From the NCBI GenBank assembly GCA_050435405.1, contig JBNDKG010000006.1:3994-35993 (forward strand): 32,000 nt of DNA. The letters run 5' to 3'. The stretch comes from Clostridiales Family XIII bacterium PM5-7 (lineage in GTDB: Bacteria; Bacillota; Clostridia; Peptostreptococcales; Anaerovoracaceae). Shown here one piece after another: positions 10,701-16,713 of the stretch. Position numbers and translations under genes: made by a program. A model generated the notes under the pieces. The model did not search any database. It was not told the DNA's origin and was given only the letters and a program-made list of their open reading frames with translations. The number at the start of each line of letters is the position of its first letter. Position 1 is the first letter of the stretch.

Positions 10701-11259
10701 CTGGGTCAACATCTGCGTCAACAAAATCTCTTACGCCTTCTCTTAATAGCTTACGCCCTTCTTCGAGAAGTTGAGTTAATGAAAGGCATCGTTCCGTATG
10801 CACTTCTTCGCCCATAGAAATAAAATGTTCTACGGCAAATTTCTTTTCCATAATTCCTTGGATATTCTTCTCCGCATTTCTGGAGAATACCAATGCACTT
10901 GCGCCTGAACGTTCAACTAGGCTTTCTAGTTCCCCGGCCGGCAAGTTCTTATCAAGGGGAACGATAACCCCTACTCCGCAAACTGTTGCATAATATGTGA
11001 GTAGCCAATGATATGAGCTCTCACCGATTACTGCAATTTTCTTACCTGTAAGACCTAAGTCCATAAGCCTTGTTCCTAAAGCATCTATTTCTTCCCCCAC
11101 CTGTCCATAGGTGATTGGTTGAAAGGTTCCACCTGGTCTATCTTTTTCCAAGTATGCAGCCTTGTCACGAAACAATTCTGTGCTTTTAGAAATCAAATCT
11201 TTTAAATCGGTAACTTCTCTTACTGGATAATATACGCCATCATATTTTACACTATTCAT
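7708..11259 (-). CDS. Two-module AMP-forming acyl-CoA synthetase (tandem fusion of two long-chain fatty-acid--CoA ligase-like units)
   Basis: 1183 aa. Each half carries a full adenylate-forming motif set: TSGTTGLSKGVMLSH / TSGTTGIAKGVMLSH, QGYGMSE / QGYGLTE, YTGDLGY / HTGDLGY, GRKKTVIVTKGGKNIYPEEIE / GRKKNVIITKNGKNIFPEEIE, and TTGKIKR / TGKKIKR. The halves are joined by a charged linker (EIKEMEEKRAKAKAQALEE). Confidence 0.85.
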   Translation of the reverse strand: MNSVKYDGVYYPVREVTDLKDLISKSTELFRDKAAYLEKDRPGGTFQPITYGQVGEEIDALGTRLMDLGLTGKKIAVIGESSYHWLLTYYATVCGVGVIVPLDKNLPAGELESLVERSGASALVFSRNAEKNIQGIMEKKFAVEHFISMGEEVHTERCLSLTQLLEEGRKLLREGVRDFVDADVDPEQMATLMYTSGTTGLSKGVMLSHKNIAANVYNMSKLVKIPEDGIVLSILPIHHAYEMTCSIWTTFYQGKTIAICEGIKYIQKNMNEVNTNIMLGVPLVFEKMYKGMWKQAESRGEAEKLRKAIDLSKKLKLYKNTALMKKLFKAIHQSFGNHITLFIAGGAAIDPKVIEDFEAMGIPMIQGYGMSENAPIIAVNQDRYSKAAAGGKPMPGTEVKIADPDEDGIGEIICKGPSVMMGYYDNPEATEEVLKDGWLYTGDLGYFDEDGFLYLTGRKKTVIVTKGGKNIYPEEIETVVMEDERVQEVLVHGVKDERVGNVMITADIYPNYALLEEQEGKMNSSEVYHFYKALIDEANKKMPAYKAIKRINIRDKEFDKTTTGKIKRYGNRTKEKSRGSIMGMSYHEIKEMEEKRAKAKAQALEESDDPYVRYKTSRPITDVKNMFETSVALYGDNPAFRQKFDKDKGYEVITYKEALADVNGLGTALINRGLKGKRIGIIGETCYQWESSYLAVLNGTGIVVPLDKELMASELEQLIIDAEVSCVIYGHKFDKLFKEMKAKDDTPLELLVDFDTEAHQEESLSWKALIQEGKEQIAQGDRQFLDAEIIADAMSVLLYTSGTTGIAKGVMLSHANLADNLMTAPTILKVNPEDIFFSVLPVHHTYECTCAFLMPLYKGASIAYCQGLKYITKNLEEVKPTMILGVPVLIESLYKKIWQNIRKKGKEKTLKTLLSMNRKTKKVGLDISKPFTKEILDVFGGRMRVIISGGAAIDPKVLQFFNDIGIIAVQGYGLTECSPMAALNPDVPKDMRNASVGHLLPGMEVKVINRDENGIGEICLKGKNVMMGYYHNPKATAEVLIDGWFHTGDLGYVDEQDFIYITGRKKNVIITKNGKNIFPEEIEYYLGGIPYIAESLVWGDVHEDSSNETSIVATVTLDAEALVETLGEHYTEEQAKDLIWEEVDKVNEELPLYKKVKKVKIRKEDFDKTTGKKIKRFVDSNKE

Positions 11260-11301
11260 GAATATTTCTTCTTTCCTTTTTTATATAGTCATTAATACAT
11301 T

Positions 11302-11330
11302 ATTCTACCATTTTTGAACTGTTTTAGCAA
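11302..11330 (-). promoter_or_regulatory. Putative sigma-A promoter for the two-module acyl-CoA ligase gene
   Basis: The minus strand reads TTGCTA (11330-11325), a 17-nt spacer, then TAGAAT (11307-11302), with a TGn extended -10 (aTGgTAGAAT). Confidence 0.5.
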
Positions 11331-11360
11331 CGATTATTGTTCCCAAAGCAAGAAGACTAC

Positions 11361-11387
11361 ACAAAAAGACCAGAGTCTACTCTGGCC
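11361..11387 (-). terminator. Rho-independent terminator after the 33-aa ORF
   Basis: The minus strand reads GGCCAGAG-TAGA-CTCTGGTC followed by TTTTTGT. It begins about 25 nt after the micro-ORF stop codon. Confidence 0.6.
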
Positions 11388-11412
11388 TTTCAAGTCACTT
11401 CTTCTTCGCTTG

Positions 11413-11514
11413 TTAATACTCTTCGCTATAATCCTCATCGCTCTTATAGGCTGCTGCTAAGACAACGCCTGCGATAATCCCAAATACAGCGATATTCCTC
11501 CAAAATTTCATCAT
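11413..11514 (-). CDS. Small (33-aa) single-pass membrane peptide, hypothetical
   Basis: Too short for the ORF track. The translation is MMKFWRNIAVFGIIAGVVLAAAYKSDEDYSEEY, one hydrophobic helix with an acidic tail. The RBS GGGGGAAGGAGAAC abuts the ATG. The ORF is flanked by its own promoter-like element and terminator. Confidence 0.5.
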   Translation of the reverse strand: MMKFWRNIAVFGIIAGVVLAAAYKSDEDYSEEY

Positions 11515-11543
11515 GTTCTCCTTCCCCCAATATATGTACTATT

Positions 11544-11572
11544 AGTTTAGCCTTTTTTCCATCCTTGGTCAA
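11544..11572 (-). promoter_or_regulatory. Putative sigma-A promoter for the 33-aa ORF
   Basis: The minus strand reads TTGACC (11572-11567), a 17-nt spacer, then TAAACT (11549-11544). It sits about 30 nt upstream of the micro-ORF start. Confidence 0.5.
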
Positions 11573-11599
11573 GCCTTAGGGCGAAATTTTCACAAAGTA

Positions 11600-11767
11600 T
11601 TAAGAATTTACTTCTCTCAATTCCCCCGTGAAGGTGTCCATGACGTATCCGTAAACCGAAATCCCTTCTGGCATCAATGGATGCTTATTCAGTAGCGTTA
11701 CACTTTCTTTGACTGCCAAATTTACATCATCAAAACGTCGATTGTATTCTAAAATGTCTTTAATCAT
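11600..11767 (-). pseudogene. Internally deleted beta-carbonic anhydrase relic (55-aa in-frame remnant)
   Basis: The translation is MIKDILEYNRRF|DDVNLAVKESVTLLNKHPLMPEGISVYGYVMDTFTGELREVNS. The N-terminal ILEYNRRF and the C-terminal block resemble the two ends of Bacillus YtiB-type beta-carbonic anhydrases as I recall them (..ILEFNKTF.. and ..FDSVEASVKDSVDVIKHHPLFPENVPVHGLVIDPKTGKL). The roughly 130 central residues carrying the Cys/His/Cys zinc ligands are missing. There is no Shine-Dalgarno sequence, and the ATG lies 11 nt after the deoD stop. Confidence 0.55.
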
Positions 11768-11778
11768 TGTGCAACCAA

Positions 11779-12489
11779 CTAAGCAATTTCCAGTGCGATT
11801 TCCATCATTTTGGTAAAGGAAGTCTGTCTTTCTTCTGAGCTACATTCTTCTCCCGTAATCATGTGATCGGAAATGGTGCAAATGCACAGTGCATTTTTTC
11901 CTGCCTTAGCTGCTTCAAGGTATAGCGCTGCCGCTTCCATCTCTACGGCCAAAATCCCCATTTGTCTCCATTTATCATAATCTCTAGTTTCATCATAGAA
12001 GACATCGGAAGAAAAAATGTTTCCAATGAATGGCTTGATCCCCATTTCTTCTGCAGCTTTTTCTGCTTTCTTCAATAGCTCAAAGGATGCAATTGGTGCT
12101 ATCGCGCCGTTAATTCCATATTGCATGGCAAAGTTAGAATTGGTGCATGCGCCCATACCAAATACGATATCACGTACCTTCAAGTCAGGATGCAATCCAC
12201 CAGCCGATCCAACTCTAATGATATTCTTTATATCGTAAAAGTTGAATAGCTCGTGAGCATAAATCCCCATGGCCGGCATGCCCATGCCTGATGCCATAAC
12301 AGAAACGCGCTTTCCCTTATAGGTTCCTGTATACCCATGAACGCCTCTTACGTTGTTTACTAGAACTGGGTTTTCCAAAAATGTTTCCGCAATAAACTTT
12401 GCTCTTAGCGGATCTCCCGGCATCAAAACGGTTTCAGCAAAATCTCCCATTTTCGCGGCAATATGTGGTGTTGGTATATTTGACATCAT
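11779..12489 (-). CDS. deoD: Purine nucleoside phosphorylase, DeoD type
   Basis: 236 aa and near-collinear with E. coli DeoD (PHIAAKMGDFAETVLMPGDPLRAKFIAETFLE..VNNVRG..GTYKGKRVSVM..GMG; VEMEAAALY; ISDH...ERQTSF). A GGAGAACA RBS is present. The start could be either of the tandem ATGs at 12489 and 12486. Confidence 0.95.
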   Translation of the reverse strand: MMSNIPTPHIAAKMGDFAETVLMPGDPLRAKFIAETFLENPVLVNNVRGVHGYTGTYKGKRVSVMASGMGMPAMGIYAHELFNFYDIKNIIRVGSAGGLHPDLKVRDIVFGMGACTNSNFAMQYGINGAIAPIASFELLKKAEKAAEEMGIKPFIGNIFSSDVFYDETRDYDKWRQMGILAVEMEAAALYLEAAKAGKNALCICTISDHMITGEECSSEERQTSFTKMMEIALEIA

Positions 12490-12520
12490 TGTTCTCCTTT
12501 TCTTCTTATCATATAACTGT

Positions 12521-12550
12521 AGTATAGTCCTAAATCCTTCCCACTGTCAA
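12521..12550 (-). promoter_or_regulatory. Putative sigma-A promoter for deoD
   Basis: The minus strand reads TTGACA (12550-12545), an 18-nt spacer, then TATACT (12526-12521). It sits about 30 nt upstream of the deoD start. Confidence 0.55.
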
Positions 12551-12600
12551 TTCCCGAATTATGTTTGTATTACATGCTCAAGTGTTTAGTACTGTAGCAA

Positions 12601-12668
12601 AGCTCCATAAAAAAAATACCGAGCAACGTTGATATTTCAACAAGTTCGGTATTTTTCTTATGGAGCTC
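12601..12668. repeat. 68-nt imperfect palindrome spanning the tRNA-Thr 3' end and its terminator
   Basis: The left arm AGCTCCATAAAAAAAATACCGAGCAACGTTGA (12601-12632) pairs with the right arm TCAACAAGTTCGGTATTTTTCTTATGGAGCT (12637-12668). The right arm includes the last 8 nt of the tRNA gene (12661-12668); its pairing with the left arm also takes in position 12660, just past the tRNA end. Confidence 0.7.
12608..12652 (-). terminator. Rho-independent terminator after tRNA-Thr (core of a longer palindrome)
   Basis: The minus strand reads ATACCGAACTTGTTGA-AATA-TCAACGTTGCTCGGTAT followed by TTTTTTTT. The outer 7 bp and inner 5 bp are perfect, with an internal loop between them. An A-tract upstream gives it the symmetry of a bidirectional terminator. 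Confidence 0.65.
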
Positions 12669-12736
12669 CCGGCCGGGATCGAACCGGCGACCTGCACGTT
12701 ACGAATGTGCTGCTCTGCCAACTGAGCCACGGAAGC
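12661..12736 (-). tRNA. tRNA-Thr (anticodon CGU), CCA encoded
   Basis: The 76-nt minus-strand sequence is GCTTCCGTGGCTCAGTTGGCAGAGCAGCACATTCGTAACGTGCAGGTCGCCGGTTCGATCCCGGCCGGGAGCTCCA. It folds by hand into a cloverleaf: a 7-bp acceptor stem (one U.G pair), D arm GCTC/GAGC, anticodon loop TTCGTAA, T arm GCCGG/CCGGC with loop TTCGATC, discriminator U and CCA. Confidence 0.9.
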
Positions 12737-12744
12737 ATAGATAA

Positions 12745-12762
12745 GGGCAGAAGCTTCCGCCC
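12745..12762 (-). other. GC-rich palindromic hairpin between the addB stop and tRNA-Thr
   Basis: The minus strand reads GGGCGGAAGCTTCTGCCC, centred on AAGCTT, and overlaps the addB TAG stop. It is followed only by TTATCTAT, a weak U-tract, so it is at best a weak terminator and may be a processing or stability element. Its CGGAAGC segment is complementary to the tRNA 5' end GCTTCCG. Confidence 0.4.
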
Positions 12763-15700
12763 TATTTTTTTACGATATTGTATTCACATCCAGAGAAGCT
12801 TGGATCAAATCGGCATATCCCCTTGTATTGACAATAGGTACAAGGTGTTTGGTCTTTGCTCTTCATCGGATGGATGTCCATCTTCCCTGCCACTAACTCT
12901 TCGCATAAGCGTTGAACCCGTTCGTCCACATCTGCTTGTAGCTGTGAAAATTCTTCTTCACTGACCAAAAATCCTTTGGAGGTGCCTTTGACGCCTTCAC
13001 TGCCGTTACGCAGTGGAACTACGTCTGAAATGCCTTCAAATTCGCCAGCAATCTCACGGATGACTTGGCCATCGTCAACCATTATACCATTTAATTTGAA
13101 AAATTTCTTCATTTCTTTTGAAATTTCTTCATATTTTTTTTCGGCGTTGGTATCAGATAAATCTATCCTTGGATCCTCAATGTGGAAGTAGAAAACTCCC
13201 GCAGGTTGCTTTTCTTTTTCCTGCGCTGCTTTCAAGTACAGCATCAACTGTAATCGATATCCTGCTCGCGCTTCATCTTGGTCAAAACGTTCATTTCCCG
13301 TCTTGTAGTCGATGATTTTCACTCTGCCATTGGCAAGGACATCTAGCCTGTCTATTTTTCCTTCGATGTATATTTTTTGATTCCCAGCGTTGATTTCAAT
13401 CGGTTGTATCTCTCGATTTCTGCCAAAGCCGGCTTCGTATTTGCTCTCAACAATTCGTCCAGCACGCACCTGCTCGACCAAAGCCCAACAAACATGAACG
13501 CAAGCATCTTCAATACGCTTTGCTGTATACTGTTCAGCACTACTGAATCGAAAGAGCCCCTCTTTATACGCTACGGTTTCTCTGCGAACCACATCCTGAA
13601 CTAAGGCTCTACATTCCTCTTCGGAAATAGACTCCCATTGCATCTCATCAGTCAACTGACGAGACAGCTTCATCAAGCATTCATGATAAATATCTCCAAT
13701 TTCTCGTCCACCTGCAGCAAATAGTCTTCGCTCCTCTGGTCGCAAGCCGTAAGCCACAAAATGAGAAAACGGGCATCGGCTGAATCGCTCTAGCCTTGAT
13801 GGACTCAAGGATAGCTCTCGTTTTTCCTCGCGAAGATATAGCTGCCTCATTAACGCTTCATCAAGGTTCTTTTGTGTATTGGAAAAGGAAAGACCCTGCT
13901 CAATTCGTTCTAGCGCAATTTGGTCATGCTCAGAAAACCAGTCCATCACGGGTTTCCATGCCCCAGAGATTGTTTCTCCTTTTTTTGCTTGATGTAATGC
14001 AGTCGTTAGGTGTTTTAGAGTATTGACTTTTCCTCCAATTAAAGGCATCGGATTCTCTTGATTAAGCACATCCTTTTTTACCGTTAAGCTTGGGAAAATT
14101 CGCTTGATGGTATCTATAATTTCTGAAGGTCTTATTTCTTTCCCTTCCTCATCGCTAACGGAATAACTCATCCATAAATAATCGGACGCTTTGGTCAGGT
14201 TTCGATAAATTGCCAGATTTTCTTCCATGGTTCTGATTTTTTCCACCTTGCATATTTCTTTTCCCTGTGCTGCAAGATAGTCTAGCTCGTCAACAGTAAA
14301 CAATCCTTCTGTTGAAGGTGCTGCTGGCAATAAGCCTTCGTTGGCACCGACCACAATGACGGCCTTAACTGCGCCCGCTCTAGTTCTCTGCATGGTTCCC
14401 ATCAACAAGTCATCGACTGAAGGCGGCAAAACGCCAATCTCAATTTGGGATAGTCCGGAAATCATCAGTTCTAATAAGGCTTTACCGACAAATTTCTCTT
14501 CACCAATTAACTCGCTGATTTGATCCATAATTCCCACAATCTTCGACCATATCTGCTCTGTTTCTTCTGCTAAATCCATTAGCCCTTGTTCCTCTTGCAA
14601 GGTGATTAACTTGGAAATGGATTCATCTAACCCAGCCTTCTCCACTAGAAAATCGTAGAAGTTTCCTAGAAAATCGTTGGTTGTTTCGGCTTCCCTGGCG
14701 AGGGTATGCACCTCAAGAAGAAGTGCCATGGCCTGTTTTCCAATGCTTTCTATTCTAGCCAGTCCGTCATCTCCATATTCTAGCGAACCATGTGTAAACG
14801 GAGAAAGCCACATTGTGCCCTTTATTCTATATTTAATTGCATAGTTTTCAAGCAACTCGATGTCTTCATCAGGAATGCCAGAAAAACCGGTTTTCAGCAC
14901 CTTGAACACATCAGTAGTTCTGTAGTTCTCTACGATAATCTCTAAAAGAGATACCACAAATATGGCGATTGGGGAGTTCAATATGCTCCGCTTGGTATCA
15001 TCAAAAACGCCAAGGCCGTATTCTTCAAAAACGCGACTGATGACGGATCCACGAACCTGTTGATCATTACATATGACCACAATGTCTCTCAGTCTGAGGC
15101 CCTTATCCCTAATCAATTCTAAAATGAACGATGCGGCCGATTCAGCTTCATTGTACATATTTGCAGCTTCCAGCAAGGTAATACCAGAAGTGTTTTCCCC
15201 TTCGGCTCTCCCCACAGCAAAAAGCTCCGCTTCTAGCCATCTGATGCCCTCTGCTTTGTCAGAAATCAGATACGCTTCATCCACTGCTTGCATCAAATGA
15301 GGTACGCCATATTCCTCAGCTTTTTGGATCAAATTGTGAATGACCATCTTTGGAAGCTGGAACAGGTCCTCATCTCTACAATTGACATCATAGGTTAACA
15401 CCACATTAACATCTGATGCGGTTTGTATCAATTTTCCCAGTACCTCCATGGCTTTCGGCGCAAAACTATCAAAGCCGTAAACCCAAACTTGGCTACCTTT
15501 GATCAGCGTTGATTCGTTGATTTTCTCCATATATAGGTCGATGTAATCTTCTGAATCCGTGTATTTTCCAGATATCTTTTCCTCATATTCTCGATAAATC
15601 AGCAGCAAATCTGTCAGCTTTCGCTTGAGCAGGCTTCCTTCTGTCATCTGTTCCATAAGGGCTTCTAAATCTTCTGGTGTGACACTATATTGTTTTAATT

Positions 15701-16064
15701 CAGAAATGAAGTTGTTGGTCAACTCCAAAAAAGCTTCCTTTTTGGTGGTTCCGCTGAATACCTTTAGCGCCTTTTCCTGTTTGGCGGCAATTTCAGCCAG
15801 CAGCATATGTCTTCCATATTTATCAATTAGGGTGCGGGTATTGCCCCCTAATTCTGCCAAAATTTTGTAGCCAAGTCTGGACATACTAACCATTTCTACG
15901 TCCATTAATCCTTGGGCATGCAAAAATCGAAAAGCTTGCTTTTCTGCCTCTAGGGTGTACTGGTCTGGCACCATCACTAGCGTCCGCCCTTGCTTTTCTC
16001 CTATTTTTTCGTAGATGAACTTTTCCTTATCGAGAGTTTCTCTCCCATAAAAGATGTTCAACAT
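12762..16064 (-). CDS. addB: Helicase-nuclease complex subunit B (AddB/RexB type) with a C-terminal RecB-family nuclease and Fe-S domain
   Basis: 1100 aa. The N-terminus MLNIFYGRETLDKEKFIY..LVMVPDQYTLEAE aligns to the AddB N-terminus as I recall it. The C-terminal nuclease motif is GKIDRLD...VKIIDYKTG. The four-cysteine set is RCPFSHF plus CTYCQYKGIC. The start overlaps the upstream HAD gene by 7 nt. Confidence 0.9.
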   Translation of the reverse strand: MLNIFYGRETLDKEKFIYEKIGEKQGRTLVMVPDQYTLEAEKQAFRFLHAQGLMDVEMVSMSRLGYKILAELGGNTRTLIDKYGRHMLLAEIAAKQEKALKVFSGTTKKEAFLELTNNFISELKQYSVTPEDLEALMEQMTEGSLLKRKLTDLLLIYREYEEKISGKYTDSEDYIDLYMEKINESTLIKGSQVWVYGFDSFAPKAMEVLGKLIQTASDVNVVLTYDVNCRDEDLFQLPKMVIHNLIQKAEEYGVPHLMQAVDEAYLISDKAEGIRWLEAELFAVGRAEGENTSGITLLEAANMYNEAESAASFILELIRDKGLRLRDIVVICNDQQVRGSVISRVFEEYGLGVFDDTKRSILNSPIAIFVVSLLEIIVENYRTTDVFKVLKTGFSGIPDEDIELLENYAIKYRIKGTMWLSPFTHGSLEYGDDGLARIESIGKQAMALLLEVHTLAREAETTNDFLGNFYDFLVEKAGLDESISKLITLQEEQGLMDLAEETEQIWSKIVGIMDQISELIGEEKFVGKALLELMISGLSQIEIGVLPPSVDDLLMGTMQRTRAGAVKAVIVVGANEGLLPAAPSTEGLFTVDELDYLAAQGKEICKVEKIRTMEENLAIYRNLTKASDYLWMSYSVSDEEGKEIRPSEIIDTIKRIFPSLTVKKDVLNQENPMPLIGGKVNTLKHLTTALHQAKKGETISGAWKPVMDWFSEHDQIALERIEQGLSFSNTQKNLDEALMRQLYLREEKRELSLSPSRLERFSRCPFSHFVAYGLRPEERRLFAAGGREIGDIYHECLMKLSRQLTDEMQWESISEEECRALVQDVVRRETVAYKEGLFRFSSAEQYTAKRIEDACVHVCWALVEQVRAGRIVESKYEAGFGRNREIQPIEINAGNQKIYIEGKIDRLDVLANGRVKIIDYKTGNERFDQDEARAGYRLQLMLYLKAAQEKEKQPAGVFYFHIEDPRIDLSDTNAEKKYEEISKEMKKFFKLNGIMVDDGQVIREIAGEFEGISDVVPLRNGSEGVKGTSKGFLVSEEEFSQLQADVDERVQRLCEELVAGKMDIHPMKSKDQTPCTYCQYKGICRFDPSFSGCEYNIVKK

Positions 16065-16699
16065 AGTGCAAATAAATCCTCTGCCTTTTCTATGATATAC
16101 TCTGGTCCGTCAGCTCCAGATTTTTCTGCTTCGCTGACTGCAAGAGCCCAACCAACCAGAACCGCCTTCATGCCTGCGCCGTGAGCGCATTTGATGTCGA
16201 ACATACTGTCTCCAATCATCAACGCTTGGTCAGCCGTTACACCCATCTGTCTAAGGGCCATCAGTGCTGGTTCTGGATGAGGTTTATGTTTATCCGTATC
16301 ATCACAAGACACGATACAATCTATCAGTGAAGTCAACTTGAACTTTTCGAGCCCACTCATGGTAGATTCTCTCGTTCTAGATGTGACGATTGCCACTCCA
16401 TATCCCTTTTCCTTCAACTGATGAATTAACTGCTCCATTCCTGGAAAAAGCTCGATCATATCCGTAAAGTGATTGATTTGGTACCCCCGATAAATATCGA
16501 TCATCTCTTCTACATTATGGTTAGGGAACGCCTTCTCCATACTTACTTGTAAGGGTTCTCCGAAGGTTTTCACAATTTCTTCCTCGGGATGTTCCTTTCC
16601 CTCTACCGCTCTATAGGTATGTTGCCATGAATTGATGACCACCTGATTGGTGTTAACCAAGGTTCCATCAAAATCGAAAATAATCGTGTTGATTGCCAT
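16058..16699 (-). CDS. HAD-IA family hydrolase, PpaX-like (pyrophosphatase/phosphoglycolate-phosphatase class)
   Basis: 213 aa. HAD motif I is IIFDFDGTLVNT, motif II is IVTSR, and motifs III/IV are KPHPEP...MIGDSMFDIKCAHGAG. Overall it is collinear with B. subtilis PpaX as I recall it. Confidence 0.8.
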   Translation of the reverse strand: MAINTIIFDFDGTLVNTNQVVINSWQHTYRAVEGKEHPEEEIVKTFGEPLQVSMEKAFPNHNVEEMIDIYRGYQINHFTDMIELFPGMEQLIHQLKEKGYGVAIVTSRTRESTMSGLEKFKLTSLIDCIVSCDDTDKHKPHPEPALMALRQMGVTADQALMIGDSMFDIKCAHGAGMKAVLVGWALAVSEAEKSGADGPEYIIEKAEDLFALC

Positions 16700-16713
16700 A
16701 TGTTCCTCTAATT

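Noticed and set aside
11413-11514. The 33-aa membrane peptide as a type I toxin with an antisense RNA antitoxin.
   Set aside because: No plus-strand promoter-like element or convergent terminator overlaps the ORF. The C-terminal tail is strongly acidic, whereas known type I toxins usually have basic tails. It is kept only as a generic small membrane protein.
11260-12760. A tRNA-associated genomic island or integrated element next to tRNA-Thr.
   Set aside because: There is no integrase, recombinase or phage gene. I could find no direct repeat of the tRNA 3' end by eye; the only copy is the inverted one in the terminator palindrome. The content (deoD, carbonic anhydrase relic, micro-ORF) is housekeeping-like. 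Local decay or rearrangement is a better description than a mobile element.
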